A DNA stretch of 64,000 nt from Octopus sinensis (GCF_006345805.1 NC_043017.1:19654001-19718000), one strand, 5' to 3'. Shown: positions 29,380-42,607, counted from the first letter of the stretch. Numbers and translations are program-made. The notes: generated by a model from the sequence alone, not told the origin.

Positions 29380-30985
29380 TTAAAGTGATCTAAATTAAAA
29401 TCTTCTATCAAAATGTCACATTCATTTATCTTACAAACACAAGCTTAATAAGAAAAAATGATGTTTTACTAAATTCTTCGTTATTTCCAAAATTAATAGA
29501 AACAAAGGCTGAGTATTTCAATAGAAATACAGTAAGAAAAGGGTTAAGGTATTTGATTCAACTGATCTTCACCTGGAAATGTTGAGGTGTGGGACACATT
29601 GTCCATGAAGGACCTGAACTAATGTCACCCAATGCCAGGGCAGCAGTGATGTGAAGACACTTACAGACAGACCAAACTGAAATAAGGAGAGATGGTCATA
29701 GCCGGAAAGGCTCTGACCACGACCACTAATCTGCTGAATCAGAACTGGAAACTGGAACATTAAGCAACAACAGCAATATCAACAACAGATTACACTGAAT
29801 GAATCAAATTGTCATTTTTGCATCTCTGGTTGGGAAAAACAAACCAAAAAAAAACACCCATTTTTTTTTGCTATTTATTATGTTAAACACACACAAAAAA
29901 AAAAAAGAAAATACGAAAAAGGAAAAAAAAAAACAAACCAAATAAAAGGAAGTTTATTTGCTCAGACAAAACAAATTGATTTAACATTTTCGAAAGAAAA
30001 TTCTTGTAGCCAATGTACTTTATCAGTGTATTTATAGATAGTGAAATAATTTCTTTGTCTCCATAAACTAAGCGAAAAAAGCACAACCCACCCCAACCAT
30101 GCCACACCACACCAAAAGCAGACAGAATTAGGAAACATGAGAATAATTTTGTTTTATCTCCCTTTCTGCCTGTGTGTGTGTGTGCACGTGCACACACGTT
30201 TGTCTGTGTGTGTATGCATGTATGTCTGTGAGTGTGATTGGATGTATGTCTGTGAGTGTGTGAGTGGATGTATGTCTGTGCGTGTGTGAGCGCATACATA
30301 CACATACAGACAGACATAAACACACACACACACAAGCGCAGATATGGCTGCATTGTAAGCAGTTAGCTCACTGACCACATGGTTTCTGGGTTCAATCCCA
30401 CTGTCTGGCACCTTGGGCAACAACTGTCTTCTACTACAGCCCCGGGCCGACCAAAGGCCTTACGAGGTGATCTGGTAGATGGAAACAGAAAAGAAGCCAT
30501 TCACATGTGTGTGTGTGTGTGTGTGTGTGGACTTTGGTGGTATTTGAACTCGGAACATAAAGCAGGCTGCAGAGTATTTTGCCTGATGTGCTAACAATTC
30601 TGCCAGTTGACCGCCTTAACAACAACAACAACAATGATGATGATGACACAAAACTCTAAGCCAGTATCATCGTCAGCGACTGTCTTTATTGATTAAATGT
30701 CGTAACTTTTGAGATGAGTTATCACAATGATTCAAACTTTCCCAGACTATTAATACCATCTTTTGTCTTCACACCCATACACACACACACACACACACAC
30801 ACTTACAATATTTACACAAATGTTTCCGTTCTTGCTGATCTCTGATCATTTTCTTTGTCTTATTTCCTGATGGAATATCTAAATTGTCCTAAAGTCAGAT
30901 TTCAAGTCAGACTAAATTTTTCATTCTGATTTCTGAACGAAAAGCATTAGCATCCAAATCCGCTAAAGCTACCAATATAAATACA

Positions 30986-31026
<41 letters not shown>

Positions 31027-31960
31027 AGGCAGTAAACTGGCAGAATTGTTCGCGTGCCAGACGAAAAGCTTAGTGGTATTCCACTTGTTGCTACATTCAC
31101 AGGATAAAATTCTGCTGAGGTCGACTTTGCCTTTCATCCTTTCAGGGTTGATAAATTAAGTACCAGTTGAATACTGGGGTTGATGTAATCGACTCATCCC
31201 CTCCCACCAAAACTGCTTCCCTTGTGGCAAAATTTGAAACCATTATTATTATTGTTGGCTTTTATGGGTTTTTTTTCCACCAGGAACCTTTTGTAACGCC
31301 TCCCCTTTTTGGGAGTTTTTCGTTGTTATAATTTTTGATTGTTACACTGTTTTTACAAACAGACAAAACCCTTTGTAACCTTTCGTCCTGTTTTGTCCCT
31401 TTCATGTAATAATTGGTTTTTCTCAGCCCTTGTGGCCAATAGAAGAATTAATTATTATTATTATTTGAAGGTGGTAGGGACAGGGATTTTCTGTGACCAC
31501 CACCATCAATGATTTAATGTCCACTTTGCCATGCTTGCATGGGTCCGATAGAATTTACTGAGGCAGATTTTCTACAGCCAGATGCCCTTATTGTTGCCAA
31601 CACTCACTAGTTTCCAAGTCAGATACACACACATCATCATCATCATCATCGTTTAGCATCCGCTTTCCATGCTGGCATGGGTTGGATGGTGCAACTGGGG
31701 TCTGGGAAGCCAGGAGGCTGCACCAGGCCCAGTCTGATCTGGCAATGTTTCTACGGCTGGATGCCCTTCCTAATGCCAACCACTCCATGAGTGTAGTGGG
31801 TGCTTTTTACGTGCCAAACGAGGCCGGCAAACGGCCACGATCGGATGGTGCTTTTTATGTGCCACCGGCACGATAAATAATCTTAAAATAATAAAAATTA
31901 TTCCAAATTTTCAAACAAGGTTAGCAAGTACGAGGAGCTGGGGTAAGCCAATTGCGCAGC

Positions 31961-31999
<39 letters not shown>

Positions 32000-32002
<3 letters not shown>

Positions 32003-32450
32003 CCTTTCTACTATAGGCACAAGGCTTAAAATTTGGGGTGACGGGGTGGGGGCTAGTCGATTACACTTGTGCACAACCGGTACTTATTTTATTAATCCTG
32101 AACAGATGAAAGGCAAAATTGACCTCAGTGGAATTTGAACTCAGAACATAGTGGCAGACAAAATACAGCTAAGCATTTCACCTGATGCGCTAACGATTCT
32201 GCCAGCTTGCCACCTTATTTTTATTATCATTATTATTATTATTATTATTAATAACATTAATAATAATAATTTTGGCACAAGTCGATTACATTGACCCCAG
32301 TGTTTGACTGGTACTCATTTTATTGACCCTGGAGGGATGAAAAGCAAAGTTCATCCCAGCAGAATTTGAACTCAGAACGTGAAGATGGATGAAATGGCAC
32401 TAAGCCTTTTTTTCTGGCATGCTGTCAATTCTACCAGTTTTCCACTTTAC

Positions 32451-32496
<46 letters not shown>

Positions 32497-32954
32497 TAAT
32501 AATAATGACAATAATAATAATAATCATTTCTATATGCAAGGCAACTCGGACAACAATATCAATATTTATATAATTCCATAATTCCATATAAATCTCTATA
32601 AATCCCAGATGTCATAGAATAAATAATAGATTAAACGTTGTGAAGTAAAAAAAAAAAATCATTTGTTTTTCTGTTTTAGAAAAATATATTCATTCTTAAG
32701 AAAAAAAATAACAGAATAATAATAATAATGATGATAATAATAATAACAGCACAAACAATAACAACAATAATAATGATTTCAAATTTTGGCACAAGGCCTG
32801 CAAGTTTGAGGAAGGGGTGGGGCCAATTACATTGACACTGATAGGATGAAATATAAAGTCAACCCCAGCAGACTTTGAAGGCAGAACATAAAGATGGCCA
32901 AAATGCCACAAAATATTTTGCCTGGTAAGCTAACCAGCTTACGTCTTTCAATAA

Positions 32955-32988
<34 letters not shown>

Positions 32989-33230
32989 TCAAATTTGGGG
33001 GTAGGGATTAAATCGATTACATCAACCCCAGCGTGTAACTGGTACTTATTTAATCGACCCTGAAAGGCAAAGACGGCCTTGGCAGGATTTGAACTCAGAA
33101 CGTAGCAACAGATGAAATACTGCTAAGCATTTCACCTGGCGTTTTAACGATTCTTCCAGTTCGCCTGCTTAATAACAATAATAATAATAATACTAATGGT
33201 TTCAAATCTTGCCACAAGGGCAATAAGAAA
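32000..33230 (-). mobile_element. Cluster of SINE family B copies separated by (AAT)n
   Basis: At least four same-orientation copies with (AAT)n or (ATT)n spacers. Confidence 0.75.
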
Positions 33231-33734
33231 ATGCAAAATTCACGTTAATTAAGATGGAGAAGTTTTTTTTAAAAACAAGCTCCTGGTTCCTTGTTACATT
33301 TAGAGGTAACAGAATGGCATAAATGATAGGATTTATCTTCTAAGGGAGAGGAATCGGTGAAATATAGGGCAAATAGTGAGTGTGTGTCAGAGGGGATGGA
33401 GGTATATATGGTAGTGTAGTGATGTGGCATGTAAAAGGCATCATTCGAGCGTGATTGTTGCCAGTATCGCCTTACTGGCACCTGTGCCGGTGGCATGTAT
33501 AAAAAGATTCGAGCGAGGTCGTTGCCAGTACTGCCTGACTGGCACGTAAAAAGCACCCACTACACTCTCGGAGTGGTTGGCGTTAGGAAGGGCATCCAGC
33601 TGTAGAAACTCTGCCAGATCAAGATTGGAGCCTGGTGCAGCCATCTGGTTTGCCAGCCCTCAGTCAAAATCGACCAACCCATGCTAGCATGGAAAGCGGT
33701 CATTGAACGATGATGATGATGATATATATATATA

Positions 33735-34266
33735 TAGCGTTTGGCATGTATGTATAATGCCGTCTGGCATGTATGTATAATGCCCTCTATATATAAATTA
33801 ATATGTTCAATAAGAAATAATTTTTTTCGAAATTTTTTCTCTTATGAGGTTTTTACGCTATCTACCTGACAATTTCTTGTTAAGTTTTCCTTATTAAGTA
33901 GTTGTCCTTAATTGCTAAATTTTTATTCCGAAAAAACTTTTCCTCTCCCGAAATGCAATTCGTAAAACTTTGCCATTTACCCGGATGTAATATATGTAAA
34001 CTCAACCATGTGCTTCGTTGATGTTGATCAGTTAGCTGATCGGCTTAAGCGGGGCAGGGTCGTTGTTTATTTATAATACATTCAGGCCTGCTGATGATTA
34101 CGTAAGTATGAAATCACTGTGATACAGGTCTATATTTTTAAATGTCTTACTTTGAAAAATTGCATTCGGTGGGATTAGTAATATTTTTGGTAGAAATGAC
34201 TGATTGTCCCTCTTAGCGTTTGGCATGTATGTATAATGCCGTCTGGCATGTATGTATAATGCCCTC

Positions 34267-34277
<11 letters not shown>
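33735..34277 (+). mobile_element. HHR-bearing 479-nt unit with 64-nt terminal direct repeat; retrozyme or pLTR-like
   Basis: 33735-33798 is identical to 34214-34277. There is an internal HHR at 34084 and (TA)n on both sides. Confidence 0.78.
34084..34131 (+). ncRNA. Type I hammerhead ribozyme (minimal, palindromic stem III), predicted cleavage after AUA at 34124
   Basis: AGGCCTG-CTGATGA-T-TAC-GTAA-GTA-T-GAAA-TCACTGTGA-TA|CAGGTCT. Stem I is 7 bp with one GU pair. Stem II is 3 bp with a GNRA loop and a U.U at 10.1/11.1. Stem III is self-complementary TCAC-T-GTGA. The core is complete. Confidence 0.85.
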
Positions 34278-34297
<20 letters not shown>

Positions 34298-34484
34298 CTA
34301 TACAAATATTCAAAACTTATGATATATACCTGAATACATAATTATAAGCCTATCTTAAAAATATCTTAAAGATAAGAGACAACATGACAATACACATGTA
34401 CTTATGACATATAAAAATTAACACACACACAGTACACCTCACTGAAAATCAAACACCACCCCAACAAAAAAAGATTTCTATTAT

Positions 34485-34523
<39 letters not shown>

Positions 34524-34626
34524 TGGTAAAAACGGTAAGATAACAAAAGAAAGAAAGAGACCTCAATATTATGTAAATAGAGGAAATTTATCTGTAGAAT
34601 AATATATGACACTTATTCAATAACCA

Positions 34627-34689
34627 AGATAAAACTCTGAGTTTTGGATGCCAATGTGGAAATCCACAACACCATCTCTTCGGTTATCT
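34627..34689 (-). ncRNA. Degenerate type I hammerhead ribozyme (U4C, G12A)
   Basis: Minus strand: AGATAA-CCGAAGA-GATG..GTGG-ATTT-CCAC..CATC-C-AAAA-CTCAGAG-TT|TTATCT. Perfect 6-bp stem I, long stem II, CTC-A-GAG stem III. The core deviates at positions 4 and 12. Confidence 0.65.
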
Positions 34690-34769
34690 GGCCATCAGAT
34701 GGTGTTGTGGATTTCCACCTCGGCATCCAAAACTCAGAGTTTTATCTTGTGGAACACGACTGTCACCAC

Positions 34770-34811
34770 ATAAACCTGACGATTGCACCATGCATGAAAG
34801 TACTAGTTTAT
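34770..34811 (+). ncRNA. Type I minimal hammerhead ribozyme, predicted cleavage after CUA at 34805
   Basis: ATAAAC-CTGACGA-T-TGCA-CCA-TGCA-T-GAAA-GTAC-TA|GTTTAT. Perfect 6-bp stem I, 4-bp stem II, palindromic GTAC stem III, complete core. Confidence 0.85.
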
Positions 34812-34897
34812 TTCAATAATGTAAAATTGTAAATATTGAAACGTGAAAATCAGACTAAGTTGGAATTTCATTAATTAATATATTTTTCTATACACAA

Positions 34898-34934
<37 letters not shown>

Positions 34935-35478
34935 AATAGACATACATACAGTTATTTATAAAATAAATCTAAGCATGCTGTAAACATTTTGTGAGAACCT
35001 GAAATAAAACAAAACATTTTTCCTGTTTTCTTTTTTTTTCTTTCATATACAATAAACAATGAACCATTTCAGAAAAATAACAAGCAAGGGTAAATCACAA
35101 GAACAAGAACAAGGAAATATTGCTAACTATAATAATGGTAGTTCTTAATGAAGATAGAATTAGCTGTTAGTATTGTTATTAACGCTGTTAAAGTATGCAT
35201 ATATTTAACAAGTATATTTAATATATATAATACAAAATACAAGCATGGAACATTCATATCCAGTGGCTGGAATTCCCTGGCAGTAGTAGATACGATTTTA
35301 TCTGGCTTTATCAGTAGTCATATATGGCTGGAAATTGTAAGGAATCAGATCCATTGTTGCAGGGGAAACTCTGAGTACTTGATGCGAGTATTCCATGCTT
35401 CTATTTTATATTGAATAAATACATATTTAATCCTCTCTTTCAATGACGCTAAGGTCTACTTTTTTACATGCAGTTTGT

Positions 35479-35527
<49 letters not shown>

Positions 35528-35529
35528 AA

Positions 35530-35568
<39 letters not shown>

Positions 35569-35773
35569 TTTATATACATATATATATACATACACACACT
35601 CATATACATACATATGAATGTATGTATGTAGAGAAAGAGAGATGGTTTAGAAAGTTCTGAAAGAGAGATTTTTTTTTTAAAAAAAGAGAAGGAAAATAAC
35701 TTAAATTTCCAAATCATTCTCAAGAGTCAGTGATTAGAACTGCATTGTCAGGATATTTAAAAGACAGAGGTAC

Positions 35774-35816
<43 letters not shown>

Positions 35817-36382
35817 TAATAATGATTTGAAATTTTGGTACAAGGCTAGTAATTTCAGGAGAGGGGTAAATCAATTCCATTGACCAGTGGTGTGGTACTT
35901 ATTGTCTTTCATATCAAAAGAATGGAAGACAAGGTCAACCCCGGTGGAATTTGGACCTCGGAAAGTAAAGTCAGAAGAAATGCCGTGGTAACAATTTTGT
36001 TAGTTTGTTGCTTGTTATTGGTACAACAATATGAAGACAATTGTTGGCCCATGTATATGTGTGCGTTTGTGTCTTTGTGGAGAGAGGGGACGATGGTAAG
36101 CATTCTTTTACTAATCAAAGAACTAATTAAATCAGGCAACCTAAATGCACTATGGAGGCACTGTGCTTCTGAATGTCTTGTGGTAATGCCGAGTTCTGTA
36201 ACATAAAATAAATCTCTCATTGCCCTCCATTTTCTGACTTCGATGTAAAAGGGAGAGTCAACAGGAAAATAGGATTTTGATGATGGAACTCTGGCAAGTA
36301 TTTCCAAGAGTACAATTCTTTGGCAGTGTGGGGGCTTCTATACGATTTAAACATTTTTAACCATTAAAAAAAAAAAAAAGAA

Positions 36383-36783
36383 CAGGAGTGGCTGTGTGGT
36401 AAGTAGCTTGCTAACCAACCACATGGTTCCGGGTTCAGTCCCACTGCGTGGCATCTTGGGCAAGTGTCTTCTGCTATAGCCCCGGGCCGACCAATGCCTT
36501 GTGAGTGGATTTGGTAGACGGAAACTGAAAGAAGCCTGTCGTATATATGTATATATATGTGTGTGTGTGTGTGTTTGTGTGTCTGTTTTTGTCCCCCTAG
36601 CATTGCTTGACAACTGATGCTGGTGTGTTTATGTCCCCGTCACTTAGCGGTTCGGCAAAAAGAGACTGATAGAATAAGTACTGGGCTTACAAAGAATAAG
36701 TCCCGGGGTCGATTTGCTCGACTAAAAAAAGGCGGTGCTCCAGCATGGCCGCAGTCAAATGACTGAAACAAGTAAAAGAGTAA
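36383..36783 (+). mobile_element. tRNA-derived SINE family A, full length
   Basis: Head with A/B-box-like gtggctgtgtggt...ggttcagtcc, internal (TA/TG) tract, tail ...gactgaaacaagtaaaagagtaa. Many copies: ~3600-4240, 7255-7625, 14655-14808, 15820-16345, 17520-17835, 21226-21562, 24865-25240, 30345-30530, 42632-42985, 44998-45587, 56085-56215, 58355-58500. Confidence 0.85.
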
Positions 36784-37789
36784 CCAAGAAATTATCAAGA
36801 CAGAAGATACAATATCAGAAAACTACTCTCTATGTAAGATTTTTTTGTGAAGGAAGAGGAGGAGTGGCAGTGCCATTGGCCCTTTCTCAGAAAGAGGGAA
36901 GGTGTCTTTAACACTTCAGCATTTAAACCAGCCAAATCAGGCTTCTCTCACCTACCATACAATGTCATTCTAAAAATAAACAATCTTCATCAAACGCTCG
37001 AAGCTACGAGATAATCCATGATTAATTCAGTGTAAATAAACGAACATTACTTTTGATAGAGTTATCTGAATGCTAAAGGGCTAATCATAGAACCACTGGA
37101 TCAGGATTAACCAGGGGCTAACAACAAGGAAAGACACATTAAATAATGTAGTCCTAGATACACTATGTCTGAATAAAAGACAGGATGGTCACAGCTGGAA
37201 CGCCTTTAGCCCTGTAGCATTTAAAGTGGTCATAATCTGGTTCAAATATTCCAGCTGTTTTACGTTCAGACTGACCAGATCCGTCCTCTCACACTTACCC
37301 TACAATGTCCTTCTAAAAATAAGCAATCACATCGTGAAAATCTCGCAGCTTTGAGATAAGGCAGGATTAATTCAAAACAATTAGATTTGACCAAATAATC
37401 TGAATACTTAAGGGAGAAAGGTACCAGAGTGTGATACGAGGAAGATTTTGGCTGCTGTATCTAATAGGTCGAAACGATCAGACAAGAGATTTCCTCGCTG
37501 CTGACAAATCCACCAAGTTCTACTTCACCCCCTTCGCCTCCCTCTTCTACTTCGTAACTTTCGAAATCCATCAGCAAATGTTCGTTATTCCGTTTGTTCT
37601 GATGACCAAATTTAGAATAAAGGGGAAATAACTCTGCAGAACCTAAATGACTCAAGGGGAATAACTTTTAAGACACGAGGAATATAAATTTTTGAATTTC
37701 TCAATCGTTTGAATTCTAAGTTAGTAATTAGTCAAAGTAAATTAGTGTTAATATATTTAATGGAACAAGCAATGAAATAGCTAATTATT

Positions 37790-38052
37790 ATGCCAGAGTT
37801 CCATAATCAAAATGCGCCCTTTTAAAGCCTAGCCAGGCTAATGGGCCCGGTTTCTATGGTGTATGTGTTCCTCAGCTGGATGGGATGCCAGTCCATCGCA
37901 GCGTTACTCATTTTTGTCAGATGAGTGGACTGGAGCAACGTGAAATGAAGTGTTTTCCTCAAGAACACAATGCGTCGCCCGGTCCAGGAATCGAAACCAT
38001 AATCTTACGATCATGATGCTGACACCCTAACCACTAAGCCATGCGCCTCCAC
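37790..38052 (-). mobile_element. tRNA-derived SINE family D (V-SINE-like central motif)
   Basis: ggcttagtggttagg...ggtttcgattcc head and gcgatggactggcatcccatccag motif. Related copies at ~38330-38540, 41635-41930 and 56349-56666. The V-domain label is from memory. Confidence 0.6.
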
Positions 38053-38786
38053 ATCCTGGCATTATTAAATTTCTTAATTATTTATCACCAACACAACACC
38101 TGATATACCTATGCGCCCTTTTCCTCTTTTTCACGACACAGTAGTTCTGTTCTTCAATACCTTCTATTCTTGCGTTTAATCCTGTAAACTTTTTCTTTTT
38201 GCAATCGTTGGCTGTCTTTCTTCATTTGACTTATCACTGCTTTATTCTCCCTCTTTCACCCTTTTCTGATGAGCTGTTGTGCACCTCACCACTGCATGCT
38301 ATAAACTAATACATTTAGGGTAAGGAGCCATCCCGAGTCACATAGACCCATGGGATCGATTTTCAAGTTTCTGTGGCACATTTATTTCCCTGCCAGATGG
38401 GATGCCAGTGGACTGCGGGAATACTCATTTTGGCCAACCGAGTGGACTTGAGAAACATGGAATGAAGTGTTTTGCTTAAGAATACAATGCGTAACCTGGA
38501 CCAGGAGTTGAAACCACAATCTTATGATGATGAGTCCAACAGTTAATGAAGAATTTATTATTGTCAGTAGAGGGGGGGGGGAACTGTAAATTAACGAAGT
38601 ACCTCTGACTTGAAATAGCATCCCAAACGACTCCATGCTATGCAATGTTAACCACAAACGTTGAGAACGAAAAAAGGAAAATTTTGCTTTTTGGAATGAA
38701 TATTGAAGAAGAATTCGATGCTAAAAATGTTATAACAATAACAATAACAACAATAACAATAATAATAATAACAAATGGCTTCCTAC

Positions 38787-38861
38787 ATTGGTACTCAGCT
38801 GGGTGGTCAGCGTGCTGACTTTGTCTTGGGCAGAGTCGAGCTCCCTCCGTAGTTTACGGAT
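38787..38861 (-). CDS. NAV: Neuron navigator coiled-coil exon (75 nt), IRKLRRELDSAQDKVSTLTTQLSTN
   Basis: ttaatttttacag acceptor and gtagga donor, phase 0/0. The peptide matches the conserved NAV coiled coil IRKLRRELxxxQxKVxxLTxQL. Confidence 0.95.
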
Positions 38862-39639
38862 CTGTAAAAATTAAACAGCATGCAACAATGATAGAACGAA
38901 ATGGAAGAAAGGACGGGAAATCATAAGGACATGAGGAATGACAGAAGGAACGGTTAAAACAGAAAGCTGACAGTCATTTCGACACAACAAACAAACGACA
39001 CCATTTTTGGTAATAAGGATTCCAACTGAAATAAGCATCAGTGCTTGCGGGTGTTCTTATGTCGACAGAGTAAAACTGTTAGACACTCACTCATTGTTAT
39101 CAAAGCCCAAAATAAAAATATAGAGAGAGTTTCACACTTTCACACGTAAGATATTTCCTTTTTTAAAAATAATTTTTGCGTAAAGACTGAGTAAAACTTT
39201 AACTAGATATTTGCTGTTATGCAAACCAAATTGAAAATATCATAAAAAAAAAAAATTACACACTCACACATGTAAGATTATTATTATTTATTTTTTGGTT
39301 TAAATAATTTTTCATTGTCAGAGGAAAAATTAAACACACACACACACACAAAGAAAAGAAGCATTAATTGAAAGGAAGAAATATCTAAATGTAATATAAT
39401 TTCTAATTTAGGCAGAAATCCAGTAAGTTGCTGGGAAGGGCCAAGATGGTTACATTGACCCCCACCATCACCGTATTTGACTGGTACTTTATTTTATCAA
39501 CCCCTCAGTGGGAATTTGAACTCAGAATGTAAAGAGTAGGAAGACATGCTACCAAGCATTTTGTCTGAGGGGTCTAAGGACTCTGCCAGCTCACAGCCTC
39601 TTAATCTAAATCTTATATTAATTAAATAAGCTTTCAAAA

Positions 39640-40180
39640 TGTTTAAAACCTAGGTTTTAATATGAATGTGAAAATCAGTCATGAAGTTAAATGAATAAAA
39701 AAAAAAGAAAAGAAAAAGAAAATTTATTTGATAATTATGAGAATTCATGAATGAAAGGAAGAAATATATTTAATATAAAGTAAATAAACTTTTAAAAACC
39801 TTAAAATCTAGATTTAAATATAAATTTGAAAACCAATTATGAAATTGAATTTAAAAATAAAAAACAAAAATGAAAGTATTTGATAATAATGAAAATTGAA
39901 GAAAAAAAAGAAGAAATATATATGTAATATAAAAGAAATAAATTAAAAGAAAAAAGTAAAATCTAGATTTTAGATATAAATTTGAAAAATCAGTAGCAGC
40001 AAATTTAAAAAAAAAAAACTGTTTGATTATTATGAAAACTAATGAAAAATGGAAGAAATATGAATAAATTTTTTTTTTAAATCCTTAAAAATCTGTTTTT
40101 AATATAAATTTGAAAATCAGTTGTAAGATTAAATTTTAAAAAAAAATTGAGAAAAGAAATAGTATTTGATTATTAGTTAC
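39640..40180. repeat. Degenerate AT-rich tandem repeat, ~130-160 bp period, ~4 units
   Basis: The motif aaatctagatttaaatataaatttgaaaa recurs near 39645, 39804, 39959 and 40089. Confidence 0.6.
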
Positions 40181-40556
40181 AGAGGTGAAGCAAAATATTC
40201 ATAAAAACTAACGAAATAGATTATTCTGAAAGTGAAAGTAGCAAAAACCAATTCTTAGAGGGTTTCCTAAAAAAAAAAAAAAAAAAAAGATAAGAATTTT
40301 TTTCTTATAGAAATCCTAATGGAATTTATTGCAGAAATTCTTAACTAAAAGAAATGTTTATATGGAATGAGAAAAATAAAATTATTCATGACAAAAAACT
40401 AAAAAAATCTAAGCAAATATGTGTGTGTGTCTGTGTGTGTCTAAATTCTTCAATATTTAACAAGATCAAACTTTTGATTGTGCAATGGTTTGTCAAAACA
40501 TACACCCATGAATACACACACACATATATATATTTATGTGTGTATATGTATATATA

Positions 40557-40590
<34 letters not shown>

Positions 40591-41457
40591 CATACACACA
40601 TGCACATATATTTATGCATTAATATTTTACGCTGGAGTTAACTGAATAAATGAAATTGACAGTAAAAACATAATTAGTCTGAAAGCACCTGCTGTTAATT
40701 TAGGCTACAAAAGCTTATCAAGAAGTATTAATTAATATCCAATAATTTACATATTTGTGTATATTAATTGTATTTGTGGATAGAAAGACAGTCAAGTAAG
40801 GAGATAGATAGATAGGTAAATGGATAGATCAATCACTAGATAGAGAGATAGATGGATAGATTGATAGAAAGATAGATGGACAGATAGAGAGAAAGAGAAA
40901 GAGAGAGAGAGAGAGAGAGAAACAGAAACCTCAACAGAAAGAGTGTGAGCGAAAACCTAAGTCCATTAATACATTGATTACATAAATATATATGCAAACA
41001 TATTCTTAGACTAATGAGAGCTTAAGGAATAATAAAAAAAAACAATTCACCACAAAGCACTGATTAAAAATAAAATAACAAAACAGAAAAAACAAACAAA
41101 CCAATAAAACAATACAAACCCCTTAAAAAAAACAAAGGAAGTAATCTTTGTCAAAACAGACAAAAATATATATAATTCTACCTTGTGATAAATTAACACT
41201 GTAATGAGCAATCTAATTGAGTATTAATTGAGGAATAGAGCAATTTTTGTAATATAATTCACCAGAATTTTATTTCAATGTTTTCTTTTAATTAATAATT
41301 TGCAACAACATCGCAGAAAAGGCTAATTCAGCACACATGTGTAGGTGAATATATATACATATATATGTATGTATGTGTGTATATATATATATATATATGT
41401 AACACAACACACATCACTCATTCAACACACACTAGATTAGCATAACTGCATACATAC

Positions 41458-41481
41458 CTCTTGGTTATGTTTCTCTTCAGC
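41458..41481 (-). CDS. NAV: Neuron navigator 24-nt microexon, AEEKHNQE
   Basis: ttgttttatatttatag|GCTGAAGAGAAACATAACCAAGAG|gtatgt, phase 0/0. It supplies the AEEKxxxE linker expected between the HGSSLSL motif and the IRKLRREL coiled coil. Confidence 0.88.
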
Positions 41482-41984
41482 CTATAAATATAAAACAATT
41501 TTTATTAAATGTCTCTTAACAGTATTGATCCATTGTTTTATTCATTTTATAGCAATAAAGACCATACAAACACACAAAAGAGAAAAATTCTGAAAGAGGT
41601 ATCACTCATATCATTATTATAATTATTACATATTAGGATGCATGGCTTAGTGGTTAGGGAGTTGCACTCATGATCGGCAGATTATGGTTTCAATTCCTCG
41701 ACCAGGTGGTGTGTTGTTTTCTTGAGCAAAACACTCCACTCCATGTTGCTCTGCAATTGCTTCGTCACCTGATGTATGGCACATTGTGCACCTGTTCAGG
41801 TAACGTTGATTTGAAGGAGGGAGTGGACTAATGTGTGGCACACACAGCTGACCCCAAGAAACAAATCATCTGTGCAGGTTGCTTGTCAAATGCAGAATGA
41901 GCACACGCCATCTTCGACAGGAGAATCCATCATATATTATTATAAATATCACATGCTACGTTAATTAGGTAACAATGAATATTC

Positions 41985-42520
41985 TCAAATTTCAAGAATT
42001 GCTCTTAGGATTCTTAGAGAATAGCTGACTGAACTTTTCTGTAGCTTGACAGTGCTTGTGTCGATTCCAATATATTTCATTCTCTTAGACAGCAGTTTGG
42101 GTATTGTGCCAAATGCACCAATTTCCACATGAATGACTGCTGTCTTAGTCTTCCACAGTCTCTTCAACTCTGAAGCTAAGTCCTGAGATTTCCCAATTTT
42201 TTTGGCACCCATTTGGTTTCCATATGGCACTCTAATGTCTATAATATTATACTGTTTATTTATTTTGTCCTCTAGGATCATATCTGGTCTCCTTACTTCA
42301 ATAGTACGGTCAGCCTTCATGGAGCAATCTCATAAAAATCCAATAATTCTTATTCATCATCATAGCCTCTGGTTGGTCTCCTGACCACTTTTCTAATTCT
42401 TTGAATCCACACGCTTAGCTAAAATTCCAATGTCCTTTGATGGAGGACACCTAAATATCAAGAAAGATTTCCAGTATCACAATGGTTTATGCCAGGTATC
42501 AAAATGCCTGCCTCACGAGT
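41985..42520 (-). pseudogene. RLE-endonuclease non-LTR retrotransposon (R2/R4-type) C-terminal remnant
   Basis: RRPDMILEDK...IIDIRVPY...K.QDLASELKRLWK...VEIGAFG...LQK...LRILR, which fits the PD-(D/E)xK restriction-like endonuclease pattern. The upstream part is frameshifted. Confidence 0.8.
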
Positions 42521-42607
42521 GCTGCTCAATACTCAGTGGACACAGTTAAGGCTCTAAGACATGATATGGACAGCATGAAAACCAAATTTTCCCAAATTCT
42601 TTTTACC

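Larger units (their letters stand above)
34523..34897. mobile_element. Fold-back HHR-bearing element in (TA)n (PLE pLTR-like, chimeric)
   Basis: 53-bp inverted arms at 34625-34677 and 34697-34749, two different HHR motifs, (TA)n flanks. Confidence 0.7.
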
